A DNA stretch of 64,000 bases, taken from positions 28,396,001 through 28,460,000 of the forward strand of contig OZ076410.1 of the NCBI GenBank assembly GCA_964187785.1, in the 5' to 3' direction. Below, piece after piece: positions 36,197 through 49,510 of this stretch (position 1 is the first letter of the stretch; each line of letters starts with the position of its first letter). Under the pieces are notes generated by a model. The model searched no databases. It was not told the origin of the DNA and saw nothing but the letters and a program-made list of their open reading frames with translations. This stretch comes from Amphiscolops sp. MND2022 (Eukaryota). A program made the translations under genes and the position numbers.

Positions 36197-36229
36197 TAGG
36201 AATGTTAGTTGCACATTTCCCAATTAAAA

Positions 36230-36815
36230 TTTGACGTAAAAATTGTACCTTAAAAACTGACGTGACGTGAAAATTTTACATTAAAATCTGACGTGTTGTA
36301 AAAATTTTACGTTAAAATCTGACGTGTTGTAAAAATTTTACTTTAAAATCTGAAACGTTGTAAAACATTTGCTCCGACTGCCATGTTCTACTCTGTTTGC
36401 ACTATTGGATTAGTCTTGTTAACCTTACTAGCACTCGCTACAGTCGCCGTTTCCTTTGGTCTGTTCGTTATTGTAATTAGTGATTAATGTTCTTCCACAA
36501 AAGATATTAACAAAAGACAATAAACGAGAAAAAAGACAAAAACACTCCGTGAAAACGACAAATTTTGCACTTGCGATACATTATTATAAAACAGATTTCG
36601 AAGCAATTTTACGTCCTGTCAGATTTTGAAGTGAAAATTTTCCTTCTTGTCAGATTTTAAAGTAAAATTTTTTCGTCTTGACAGATTTTAAAGTAAAGTT
36701 TTTACAACATGTCAGATTTTAAAGTAAAACTTTTACAACAAGTCAGATTTTAACGTGAAATTATAACAACACGTCAGATTTTAATGTAAAATTTTTACGT
36801 CACGTCAGATTTCGA
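36230..36815. repeat. Centre of the fold-back: ~30-bp tandem repeats (aaaatctgacgtgttgtaaaaattttacgtt) in inverted orientation around a ~240-bp unique spacer
   Basis: Repeats at ~36230-36365 and their reverse complements at ~36600-36815. Confidence 0.85.
36383..36487 (+). CDS. 34-aa single-TM hydrophobic micropeptide
   Basis: MFYSVCTIGLVLLTLLALATVAVSFGLFVIVISD*; below the ORF-track cutoff. Confidence 0.45.
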   Translation: MFYSVCTIGLVLLTLLALATVAVSFGLFVIVISD

Positions 36816-36830
36816 TTGGGAAATGTGCAA

Positions 36831-37085
36831 CTAACATTCCTTATACCACCACAAGAAATTATCACAGCGTTTCCCTCCGTAAAGTGGAGGACAGAAACAA
36901 CCTATAATGTTTTCTTCCACATAGCTAAAACATTCTACCTCGTTCATACAATAGACTTTGAACACTTTAGCGCAGGGATCGAGATTCTGTCACACTTTTT
37001 CTGTAGTCTTTACTTGATAAATGAACAAGCTAACAGTCAGGACAATAATCAAGGCAATTCTTACTTTTGCTATCGTCTCACACAT
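36831..37085 (-). pseudogene. Mirror copy of the EGF-like gene with an internal TGA
   Basis: All six Cys retained; GGA->TGA before the EGF domain. Confidence 0.85.
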
Positions 37086-37316
37086 AACGACCACTTTGAA
37101 AAAGAAACTGTGAATCAAAAAAATTCAATTGATTACGTAAAATAAATACAAATAATCATACAAACTACGATGCACAGCGTTTGGTATAATTTCCAAACGA
37201 GTCCCAATTGGACGGCTCAGTGATCTATGCAGCGGTGGCGTCTGCGTGGGTCTCTGTGACTCGGGTGGTGTGGGGTACTCGCTCTCTTTATCTTGTTCAT
37301 CGTCAATTTCAATGGG

Positions 37317-37730
37317 CTAGTCTGCGCTTTCAGCTACTGGAAAGGTTTCAAACAGTGACGGAAAGAAGGGAGTATCAATGCCTGGTCGATACACTGCATC
37401 CAGCTCTACGTTTGGATTCTCCCAATGGAACTGAGTGGCATCCAAGTCATTGGGAACGAAATCGCTGCTTACATCGTGGTCACCAACGCTGGCTCGTGCC
37501 TCGTCTTGCATCTCCCACGTGCCTTGCTGGTTGGGAGTTATGGGTACGCGAGCTAAATGGTTCTCTAAGAACTGTTGTCTTTGATTTATCAAAGTGTTGA
37601 AGGCTGCGATTGGAAGTTCCAAGTAGGAAATTGTCAAGTCTTGGACGATATCGTTCACTATGATTGTGACAGAGTCTGGTGAAAAGTCCAAAGTCCACTG
37701 AGTTCCAGTGTTGGAGACTGAGAAGAACAT
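37317..37730 (-). CDS. Mirror copy of the 35321-35734 ORF
   Basis: Near-identical translation. Confidence 0.55.
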   Translation of the reverse strand: MFFSVSNTGTQWTLDFSPDSVTIIVNDIVQDLTISYLELPIAAFNTLINQRQQFLENHLARVPITPNQQGTWEMQDEARASVGDHDVSSDFVPNDLDATQFHWENPNVELDAVYRPGIDTPFFPSLFETFPVAESAD

Positions 37731-39413
37731 TGTTGTTGTTGTAGAACGTCTTGATTGTAGATAAGTTTGAAAAGAAATGAAGTCTAGTTGTTTGAAAAAT
37801 TAATTTGTAAGGATATTGAACAGCCAATAGGAATTTGACACGACCTTTTCTCTACATGGATTTGTTTTTTTTGCTGGTGGTTCTTCTGAGCGTTAATTGG
37901 TTGGCTTTTTTCTCAGGAAATGTCGTAGGAAAACCATTCTTTTGTCGTTTTCGACTTGTTGTGTTTGTTCTCGCTCGTAAGCCCTTGTCGTCCTGGCTCT
38001 GAATAATTGTATACCAGCATCTTTTAGGGTCAAGTGCTGCGTTTGATCCTTAAAAAGAATACCTTGCACCAGACAATCAGTGTCACACTTTGCACAATTG
38101 TAGTGATAATGTACTCTAGAATCCTCCTTGCAGTAATGTTCGAATATGCAATTTTGTAGCTCATATTCAGGACAGTAAACGCCCCAATTGTATTTATAAT
38201 TGCGTTGAGTTCCAATTTACGTCCTAGTTGCTTTCAGTGATTCCGCTCTTGGTCGATGTAAAATAACGGTCCTTATACAATTCGTACAGTTCGTTGTGAC
38301 TGAGGTTGACAATATCTGTCATTACAAACTGATTTCCCCCATATAGAAACTTTTTCAATGAAAAACAACAATTCTTGTCTTTTTCAAAGCGGGAAGACAA
38401 AAGCAAATGACGATCAGTGTGCTTTTTTAAAATTAGATAATAGTGTGAGAAGAGTTCGTCCTTCCACAGCGTAAAACCAATCTCTTGTAACGGTTTTTTT
38501 AGGGGATATAGAGTTGCTTTTCGTGCGTGGTCGTACTGTTTTAAAAAGTGACGCAGTCTGTTGAGGGTCGAGCGAGCTCTTTGTTTGCAATGGAAAGTAC
38601 GTGTCAACCTCAGCTTCGTCCAAAGTTTGTTCTGGATCGTCTTCGTAAGTTGAATACAGCAAAGATAGAGATGGAAGTCGTTGTTTAACAGACATTCACT
38701 ACTCTAAAAGAGTTCAAATTAAAATGATAAATGAAAATTAGTGTAGTGGATAAAAGCAACGCCTACGTGCCACAAAATTTTGACAATGCTATGAACAGCG
38801 CGTGACTTTGCTTTTAACCACTGCACTAACAGTCTTTTTTATTTCCATTTATGGAATGCAAATTAAGGAATGCAAGATGAAAGAGTCACCAGCTTTTTAT
38901 TATGTTCGAATAATTACTCCACTTGAGAGGTTTCCCCTGATGTATTAGCGTCTTTTCGAGGGAATTTGTTCCACTTGAGTAATTTTCTCAGACACTGTGG
39001 CGTCCGTTGAGGCAAACATGTTCAACTTGAGTGATTTTCTCAGACAATGTGTCGTCCCCTGAGGGAAACATGTTCCACTTGAGCAATTACCTTTCATTGA
39101 ACTTTTCATTTAACTCAGGATCAAAAGTGGATGACAGGCACACGAGGGAACACTGACCGTCAGTGACGCTAGTGCGTAATTACTTTTTCCCTTTATGGTA
39201 CGCTGATTATTCCTTTTATGGTTCAATGACTCATACCTTCCGTATCTGGTTGAGCAATTACATAAACAGAATTTTCAACCATTTTCATTTCGTTATTCAT
39301 TTCACTTTTTTGCAACCTAGTTGATTGCTCCCGAACTGAAACTTGCTACATTTTGCTGTTACAATTCTTTTTGCTTGCTTTCAGATAGAGTCTTTTTACA
39401 CTTGCTGCTTATA

Positions 39414-42400
39414 ATGCCTGCTCTTGATCGAAATCTACAAGTTGCCTGTCCCAATTGTGGTGCCAAAGTATCTAAGCAAAACCTGTCAGTACACAAAAAA
39501 AAAGATTCTCCGTTGTGGCTTTATTTTTCTTTCAATGTCCCAATTTCTCAACCAAGTCCCAAAATGACTTGAATTATCGCATTACAAAGAAACATGGAGC
39601 TCCCAAACCCGCAGTTGCTCACATTTGTAAGATTTGCAAAAACAAATTTACTGGCTCTTATGCATTACGACAACATAAAAGTCAAGTACATGGAGACACT
39701 TATAAAACAAGTGACGATTCTTCTCCCCTCTTTGATGGTATCGATGATGAGAGACTCAAAGAGGAGTTACGTGCCTGTCAAAATTTTCTCGTGGACTCTG
39801 AATTCGAACGTGAGCGACATAACGTGTTTAATTACGCAGTGGAAACACTGAACACGGACATTGTCAATGATAAAATTGATCATTTTTTCAACAACTTGAA
39901 GTGTGCTGCAAAAGGTAACCTCGCATTCGGATTCATTCTAAAAAATTTAGAAAATGGAAGTTACCGATATTTCTACGCGCACGAAAACAGTACTTTGTTG
40001 GATCGATCACAATTTGTGTGCACCAAAGACGACTTGACAAAATTGAAAAACATTGTCAATCAAACTGACTTAATAAAATCTTGTACCAGAGAAAGGATGA
40101 ATACAAAATGGAAATTTTACAAGCTCACCAATATATCTGTGTTTGCTGCTTTGCTCAAAACATTCCCATGGGTTGTAGAGATGCTGTACGCCCTGATCCA
40201 CTACTGAAAAACCACAATGTGAACTGTTTGACATTCGAGCAGAACACTAGACAACCCTATAACGACAACTTGTGTTTATTCAGAGCATTAGCACTTCATC
40301 TCCACGGAAAGGAAAAATTGGAGGAAGAGACTTGCAAATTGTTCAATTGTTATTTGGAAAAGAAAGGAGGAATAGGGGCAGCAACCTTCCAAGGAGTCTG
40401 CGTGGACGATATTCCTCTTGTTGAAGGCCTGATTCAAGTCATTATCTTTCGTTACGATATCGATATTGTGGGTGGATCAATTGTCGGTGAACTCGCACGG
40501 AGGAGCGTTCAGAAGTATTGCAACACTGCCAGATTATTGCGTTACAATAACCACATTTGTTACGTCTCCAATAACAATGCATTATTTAAAATTTATCGTT
40601 GTTCAACTTGTAACCAGGTTTTCCACAAAACTGGACGTTTGGAACGTCACTTGGTTAATTGCAAGGATCGCATCAAGCACGTTTATCCGAGAAATAATCA
40701 TTACGATACACGTACCGGTAAGCTGCCTTTAGTCAAGCAGCGTAATCTGAGTAAAATGGTAAAATGGTCATTCAGCGTAAGTTAGTCAAGACGGTCTATG
40801 CTTCAACGGTGTAGCAAAATCAACGCGCGTAATGGAAAATTGTGTAAGTTAGTCAAAACACGTAATTAGAAAAAAGCGGAAGTTAGTCCAAAAATACTCT
40901 TTTTCGTAAGTCAGTCAAAACGTTGACTAACTTCCACTTTTTGCAAATTGAGGGACTCCTATACTTCCGAAAAGTGGAATGTGGTCAAAGTTTTGACTAA
41001 CTTACACCATGTTTATATGCATTCAAAACTCAGTGTTCATTTTAATTCTAATTCATACCACAGCATCATAAACCAGTCAAAGTAAACAATGATTCAATAA
41101 ATAATTAGTTATCATTACTGAGCTCTACCGTGCATAGTACGTATAAACTGCATTCAATGCAAGTTGCACACGTGAACACGTGTGTTTCATCCACGCATTT
41201 ACGTGCAAATAAAATACCTTGTAGGTATCGCAAGGATCGCATCCATTGCAAGGATCGCATCAAACACGTTTACCCGAGAAATAAGTATCAATTGAGTGAA
41301 ACGCTGTTTGATAAACTAGACTTGCTTTCCACGCCTTACACAAAAAAACAGCAATTGTTTTTAAACTTGGCCGCCTTTGACTTTGAATCAAATTGTGTGA
41401 GAGAGGAACAATTCAAGGATACCGAGACAGCACAATGGATTGGGAAGCACGTGCCAATATCTGTATCTATATCGTCCAATATGATTGAAATATCAATATT
41501 TTCTCTGCAATTCCAACCCGGGAGAATTGATTGAATCATTTGTTGTTGCTCTGGAGAGTTTAGCCGCTCAGAGCAAAGCCCAAATGAAGCTACAGTTTTT
41601 AGATATCAAGACTAGCATCAATAGCCGTCTTAATGCAATTTTTGCTGTACTCAATAGAAGACGCAGACCAAGAGAAACCGTGTTGGAATTTGAAGATGAA
41701 TGTCTTGAGGTTGAAGCAAAAGACGTTTCTACTCAGTTCTTGCAAATGCAATAGAATCAACTCCTTGACTTGCAGGAATACTTGGAAAGAGATCGCAACG
41801 TGATAGCAATCTTTGGCTACAATAGTGCCAAATACGACATTAACCTTATCAAGCGTAATTTTTACCATTATTGGTTAACGAGAGAGAGCTGGAGCCAAAA
41901 AGCGAATCAATTTGTTCTTTTCAAAATTGGCGATGTTCAGTTGCTGAATATTTTGAATTCCTTCGGTGGAGCAACCAGCCTTGATTCTTTCCTCAAAGCT
42001 TACAAGACGTCAGAGAGGAAAAGTTTCTTCCCATATGGATGTTTCGACTGTCCTGAAAAGCTAAATGACACACAATTACCTCAATATGAGTCATTTGAGT
42101 CAATATGAACCATATGAGTCATTCAACAAATTGCGAAATTCAAACCCACTGGAGAGTGATTATACTGAATATAAAAAATTGCTCAAGAGTGGTTCATCTC
42201 CGGGAGTCTGCCTTGATCAAGTTGCGGTTGAAACAACCTCCACTCTTAGGGAAGCAAAATTATGAGTATCTCGTCAACATATGGGAGACTGATAAAATGA
42301 CTACGTTCAAAGACTTTTTGCGCTGGTACAATAACAAGGACGTCATTCCCACACTGGAGGCTTTGCAGAAAATGATTGCGTTTTACCAACACAAAGAAAT

Positions 42401-43169
42401 TGATATGTTGAAGCTTGGTTGTACTTCACCCATTTCAGCCAACATATGTCTCCACAAATCAACAAATGCGAAATTTTACTCTTTCACAGAGAACGATAAA
42501 GACTTGCTTAATAAGATACGAGACAAAATGGTTGGTGGTCCATCCATTGTATTTACAAAAAAGCTGTTGTGAACGAGACGCTTATCCGTACTTCAGCAAA
42601 CGTTTGTAAATCAATAGTAGGCATTGATGTTTGTCAGCTTTACCCCTTCTCAATGTGTCAGGAAAGGCCTACTGGACTTTACACGCGATGTGATCTCGAT
42701 CCAGAGTCTGGTAGATTCAGACCCCGTCAGAACAAGACGAGGAGCTTTGAGATTATGGTAATGTCTTACTATCAACGAATCAGACCAGACTGTAAAATTG
42801 TCAGCTTCTAAACCACAGGAACACAGTAAAAGATTGACTGCTTCAGCGTTGACGGTTTCTGTGAACATTGTAACACTGTATTTGAAGCCATGGGGTGTTA
42901 TTATCATTACTGTCCATTTCAAGAAGCACGTCCTTCTTTTACAGAGGAAGGTATTCAGAGGGGAACAAAAAAAGAGAGAGATGGATGAGTTGAGAAGACA
43001 TTTTTTATTGAAAAAGGGGTATACAGTTATGGAAAAGTATGAGTTGAGTGGTGGCAGCTTTACGAAACCTACGTTTTAGTCACGCAGATTTTACGTCAGT
43101 CTTTCCCCTACAAAACACCTCTCAGCGAAGAGAGATTGTTGGAGAAAATCAAGAATGGAAGCCTTTTTT
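39414..43169 (+). pseudogene. VSR-type pPolB, right-arm copy 1 (interrupted by an insertion, 3'-truncated)
   Basis: N-terminal zinc fingers MPALDRNLQVACPNC...; same motifs as 29583-33718; ends at a tandem-duplication junction. Confidence 0.9.
40700..41232. mobile_element. ~530-bp non-coding insertion in pPolB
   Basis: Absent from the copies at ~32540 and ~45845; internal gttagtcaa/ttgactaac repeats; flanked by a ~40-bp duplication of pol sequence. Confidence 0.75.
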
Positions 43170-46100
43170 TGTATACCAGCAACTTTTAGGGTCAAGTGCT
43201 GCGTTTGATCCTTAAAAAGAATACCTTGCACCAGACAATCAGTGTCACACTTTGCACAATTGTAATGATAATGTTCTCTAGAATCCTCCTTGCAGTAATA
43301 TTCGAATATGCACTTTTGTAGCTCATATTCAGGACAGTAAACGCCCCAATTGTATTTATAATTGCGTTGAGTTCCAATTTACGTCGTAGTATCTTTCAAT
43401 GATTCCGCTCTTGGTCGATGTAAAATAACGGTCCTTATACAATTCGTACAGTTCGTTGTGACTGAGGTTGACAATATCTGTCATTACAAACTGATTTCCC
43501 CCATATAGAAACTTTTTCAATGAAAAACAACAATTCTTGTCTTTTTCAAAGCGGGAAGACAAAAGCAAATGACGATCAGTGTGCTTTTTTAAAATTATAT
43601 AATAGTGTGAGAAGAGTTCGTCCTTCCACAGCGTAAAACCAATCTCTTGTAACGGTTTTTTTAGGGGATATAGAGTTGCTTTTCGTGCGTGGTCGTACTG
43701 TTTTAAAAAGTGACGCAGTCTGTTGAGGGTCGAGCGAGCTCTTTGTTTGCAATGGAAAGTACGAGTCAACCTCAGCTTCGTCCAAAATTTGTTCTGGATC
43801 GTCTTCGTAAATTGAATACAGCAAAGATAGAGATGGAAGTCGTTGTTTAACAGACATACACTACTCTAAAAGAGTTCAAATTAAAATGATAAATGAAAAT
43901 TAGTGTAGTGGATAAAAGCAACGCCTACGTGCCACAAAATTTTGACAATGCTATGACAACAGCGCGTGACTTTGCTTTTAACCACTGCACTAACAGTCTT
44001 GTTTATTTCCATTTATGGAATGCAAATTAAGGAATGCAAGATGAAAGGGAAACCAGCTTTTTATTATGGTCGAATAATTACTCCACTTGAGAGGTTTCCC
44101 CTGATGTATTAGCGTCTTTTCGAGGGAATTTGTTCCACTTGAGTAATTTTCTCAGACACTGTGGCGTCCGTTGAGGCAAACATGTTCAACTTGAGTGATT
44201 TTCTCAGACAATGTGTCATCCCCTGAGGGAAACATGTTCTACTTGAGCAATTACCTTTCATTGAACTTTTCATTTAACTCAGGATCAAAAGTGGATGACA
44301 GGCACTTGAGGGAACACTGACCATCAGTGACGCTAGTGCGTAATTACTTTTTCCCTTTATGGTACGCTAACTATTCTTTTTATGGTTCAATGACTCATAC
44401 CTTCCGTATCTGGTTGAGCAATTACATAAACAGAATTTTCAACCATTTTCATTTCGTTATTCATTTCACTTTTCTGCAACCTAGTTGATTGCTCCCGAAC
44501 TGAAACTTGCTACATTTTGCTGTTACAATTCTTTTTGCTTGCTTTCAGATAGAGTCTTTTTACACTTGCTGCTTATAATGCCTGCTCTTGATCGAAATCT
44601 ACAAGTTGCCTGTCCTAATTGTGGTACCAAAGTATCTAAGCAAAACCTGTCAGTACACAAAAAAAAAAGATTCTCCGTTGTGGCTCTATTTTGCTTTCAA
44701 TGTCCCAATTTCTCAACCAAGTCCCAAAATGACTTGAATTATCGCATTACAAAGAAACATGGAGCTCCCAAACCCGCAGTTGCTCACATTTGTAAGATTT
44801 GCAAAAACAAATTTACTGGCTCTTATGCATTACGACAACATAAAAGTCAAGTACATGGAGACACTTATAAAACAAGTGACGATTCTTCTCCCCTCTTTGA
44901 TGGTATCGATGATGAGAGACTCAAAGAGGAGTTACGTGCCTGTCAAAATTTTCTCGTGGACTCTGAATTCGAACGTGAGCGACATAACGTGTTTAATTAC
45001 GCAGTGGAAACACTGAACACGGACATTGTCAATGATAAAATTGATCATTTTTTCAACAACTTGAAGTGTGCTGCAAAAGTTAACCTCGCATTCGGATTCA
45101 TTCTAAAAAATTTAGAAAATGGAAGTTACCGATATTTCTACGCGCACGAAAACAGTACTTTGTTGGATCGATCACAATTTGTGTGCACCAAAGACGACTT
45201 GACAAAATTGAAAAACATTGTCAATCAAACTGACTTAATAAAATCTTGTACCAGAGAAAGGATGAATACAAAATGGAAATTTTACAAGCTCACCAATATA
45301 TCTGTGTTTGCTGCTTTGCTCAAAACATTCCCATGGGTTGTAGAGATGCTGTACGCCCTGATCCACTACTGAAAAACCACAATGTGAACTGTTTGACATT
45401 CGAGCAGAACACTAGACAACCCTATAACGACAACTTGTGTTTATTCAGAGCATTAGCACTTCATCTCCACGGAAATGAAAAATTGGAGGAAGAGACTTGC
45501 AAATTGTTCAATTGTTATTTGGAAAAGAAAGGAGGAATAGGGGCAGCAACCTTCCAAAGAGTCTGCGTGGACGATATTCCTTATGTTGAAGGCCTGATTC
45601 AAGTCATTATCTTTCGTTACGATATTGATATTGTGGGTGGACTCGCACGGAGGAGTGTTCAGAAGTATTGCAACACTGCCAGATTATTGCGTTACAATAA
45701 CCACATTTGTTACGTCTCCAATAACAATGCATTATTTAAAATTTATCGTTGTTCAACTTGTAACCAGGTTTTCCACAAAACTGGACGTTTGGAACGTCAC
45801 TTGGTTAATTGCAAGGATCGCATCAAACACGTTTATCCGAGAAATAATTATCAATTGAGTGAAACGCTGTTTGATAAACTAGACTTGCTTTCCACGCCTT
45901 ACACAAAAAAAACAGCAATTGTTTTTAAACTTGGCCGCCTTTGACTTTGAATCAAATTGTGTGAGAGAGGAACAATTCAAGGATACCGAGACAGCACAAT
46001 GGATTGGGAAGCACGTGCCAATATCTGTATCTATATCGTCCAATATGATTGAAATATCAATATTTTCTCTGCAATTCCAACCCGGGAGAATTGATTGAAT

Positions 46101-47730
46101 CATTTGTTGTTGCTCTGGAGAGTTTAGCCGCTCAGAGCAAAGCCCAAATGAAGCTACAGTTTTTAGATATCAAGACTAGCATCAATAGCCGTCTTAATGC
46201 AATTTTTGCTGTACTCAATAGAAGACGCAGACCAAGAGAAACCGTGTTGGAATTTGAAGATGAATGTCTTGAGGTTGAAGCAAAAGACGTTTCTACTCAG
46301 TTCTTGCAAATGCAATAGAATCAACTCCTTGACTTGCAGGAATACTTGGAAAGAGATCGCAACGTGTTAGCAATCTTTGGCTACAATAGTGCCAAATACG
46401 ACATTAACCTTATCAAGCGTAATTTTTACCATTATTGGTTAACGAGAGACAGGTGGATCCAAAAAGCGAATCAATTTGTTCTTTTCAAAATTGGCGATGT
46501 TCAGTTGCTGAATATATTGAATTCCTTGGGTGGAGCAACCAGCCTTGATTTTTTCCTCAAAGCTTACAAGACGTCAGAGACGAAAAGTTTCTTCCCATAT
46601 GGATGTTTCGACTGTCCTGAAAAGCTAAATGACACACAATTACCTCAATATGAGTCATTTGAGTCAATATGAACCATATGAGTCATTCAACAAATTGCGA
46701 AATTCAAACCCACTGGAAAGTGATTATACTGAATATAAAAAATTGCTCAAGAGTGGTTCATCTCCAGGAGTCTGCCTTGATCAAGTTGCGGTTGAAACAA
46801 CCTCCACTCTCAGGGACGCAAAATTATGAGTATCTCGTCAACATATGGGAGACTGATAAAATGACTACGTTCAAAGACTTTTTGCGCTGGTACAATAACA
46901 AGGACGTCATTCCCACACTGGAGGCTTTGCAGAAAATGATTGCGTTTTACCAACACAAAGAAATTGATATGTTGAAGCTTGGTTGTACTTCACCCATTTC
47001 AGCCAACATATGTCTCCACAAATCAACAAATGCGAAATTTTACTCTTTCACAGAGAACGATAAAGACTTGCTTAATAAGATACGAGACAATATGGTTGGT
47101 GGTCCATCCATTGTATTTACAAAAAAGCTGTTGTGAACGAGACGCTTATCCGTACTTCAGCAAACGTTTGTAAATCAATAGTAGGCATTGATGTTTGTCA
47201 GCTTTACCCCTTCTCAATGTGTCAGGAAAGGCCTACTGGACTTTACACGCGATGTGATCTCGATCCAGAGTCTGGTAGATTCAGACCCCGTCAGAACAAG
47301 ACGAGGAGCTTTGAGATTATGGTAATGTCTTACTATCAACGAATCAGACCAGACTGTAAAATTGTCAGCTTCTAAACCACAGGAACACAGTAAAAGATTG
47401 ACTGCTTCAGCGTTGACGGTTTCTGTGAACATTGTAACACTGTATTTGAAGCCATGGGGTGTTATTATCATTACTGTCCATTTCAAGAAGCACGTCCTTC
47501 TTTTACAGAGGAAGGTATTCAGAGGGGAACAAAAAAAGAGAGAGATGGATGAGTTGAGAAGACATTTTTTATTGAAAAAGGGGTATACAGTTATGGAAAA
47601 GTATGAGTTGAGTGGTGGCAGCTTTACGAAACCTACGTTTTAGTCAAGCAGCTTTTACGTCAGTCTTTCCCCTACAAAATACCTCTCAGCGAAGAGAGAT
47701 TGTTGGAGAGAATCAAGAATGGAAGCCTTT
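43170..47730 (+). repeat. Tandem duplicate of 38008-43169
   Basis: At ~43170 pol sequence (aagaatggaagcctttt) switches to ttgtataccagc, as at 38008. Confidence 0.9.
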
Positions 47731-48936
47731 TTGGATATAATCAGTGTGATATTGAAGTTCCTCCAGAGCCCCGCGAACCTTTTGCTAACTTTCCTCCAAT
47801 CTTTAAAAATATTAACGTGAAAAGAGATGACATTGGATCGTTGATGAAAAGTTATGCTGAACAAGAAGGATTTTTATCGCAACCGAGGAGAATGTTAATT
47901 TCTAGCTATTCGCTGGAAAACGTAACACTAATAACACCTCAGTTACTCTTTTCTTTGAGCTTGGGGTTTGTATGTAAAAAGACTTATCGATTTGTTCAGT
48001 ATACCCCTAAGAAATGCTTCAACAAATTTGTTCAGTCCGCAGTCGATACAAGAAGAGAAGGAAATTAGAATCCTAACTCCAGTGTGGTAGCAGCGACAAT
48101 GAAGCTGCTCGCAAACAGTTCGTACGGCAACAAATTATGGACAGGAGCCGTCACACTGTCACAAAGTATTTATGCGACGAAAATGTGCACGCAATTATAA
48201 ACAACAAAATGTCCAGGAGACTGAATATTATCGTGAGAAGTTGTACGAGGGGGAGCTTGTAAAGTCTGAGAATGAGCACAGGGAACCAATCATTGTTGGA
48301 TTCTTCATTCTGCAATATGCTAAATTGAGAAAGTTGGAGCTCTTTTACAACTTTTTCGACAAGCATTGTGACATTAATAAGTTTGAGATGCTTGAAATGG
48401 ATACAGACTCATTTATTCTTGCAGTGGTTGAAGAAGAAATATAAGACACTGTTCGCCCTGATGAAAAACGAGAGTGGATAGATCTCCGTTCCTCGGATTG
48501 TGCAGACGACTTCAGTGCCAATGCAACGACAAATTTCTTTCCCCCTACTTGCTGCACAAAACACAAGAAACATGACAAGCGCGAACCTGGACTCTTCTAG
48601 AAAGAATTCCGTAGCACAGAAATGTTGTGTCTGTGCAGCAAGACGTATTGCTGTTATGATTCCCAATCACAAAAATTCAAGTTTAGCAGCAAAGGGTCAA
48701 ATAAGAGGAAGGAAAATGCAGCATTAAAGCAGCATTAAAGCAGCATTAAAGCAGTGGCGATGGATCAATGTCCGAATATAGAAAAGTTTTAGAAGAGACA
48801 CTCAACGTGACCGTGGTTTTCGTGTAATTGATCACAATGTTGGTACTTCCGACCAGACAAAAAAGGACTCTCTTATTTTTATCCAAAGCGTATAGTTCAG
48901 GAAGATGGAATTCACACTCGTCCACTAGCTATTTGA
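44578..48936 (+). pseudogene. VSR-type pPolB, right-arm copy 2 (full length, many lesions)
   Basis: Includes KLLANSSYG, EMDTDS and ends EDGIHTRPLAI*. Confidence 0.9.
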
Positions 48937-49510
48937 CATTTCGATTTTTTGAAATACTTTTGTAATAAACATTTTCATTACAATTTATTTTTTCTACTTA
49001 AAAATGATTTTTTTCCTCAACACATAGTAGTCAAGTAATGAGCTCAACCTTTATGGCGGATAAAACATTCCGGTGGCGGATAAAATATTCCGCAGGCGGA
49101 TAATTAATCCCGCAGGCGGATAAAATATTGCGCAGGCGGATAAAATATTGCTCGGAGGCGGCAGCAGCTTGCAAGTTTACCCAAAGTCTCACAGTGCCGA
49201 AAATGTCACAGAGTGCCGTAAATGTGCCGGAAAAATCTATTCACTATCTAAGTACATTGCTGAAGCTATTCCTTATCTTCATACATTGAACACATCTTTA
49301 TACATTGGAAACAATACGACTACATAACATTTATACATTAGTCAGCCAATCAGCACGACTCAAGTCGGCAGCACGAGCCAGTACCACACGAGAAGCGAGT
49401 CGTGGCCTGCAAGACCCTTCTCGACTCTGGGTTGGAACCGAGTCGCTATAGCCTATCTTAAAACATGATGGTCTTGCACCCCCACCTGGTCAGTTCGCAT
49501 ATATACTACT

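Larger units (their letters stand above)
28979..49510. mobile_element. 20.5-kb fold-back pPolB element (Polinton-related; no integrase or capsid recognised)
   Basis: Termini AGTATTATATGTGCG / CGCATATATACTACT; flanks CATAGG (28973-28978) and CTTAGG (49511-49516); arms are inverted copies about a centre near 36500. Confidence 0.88.
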
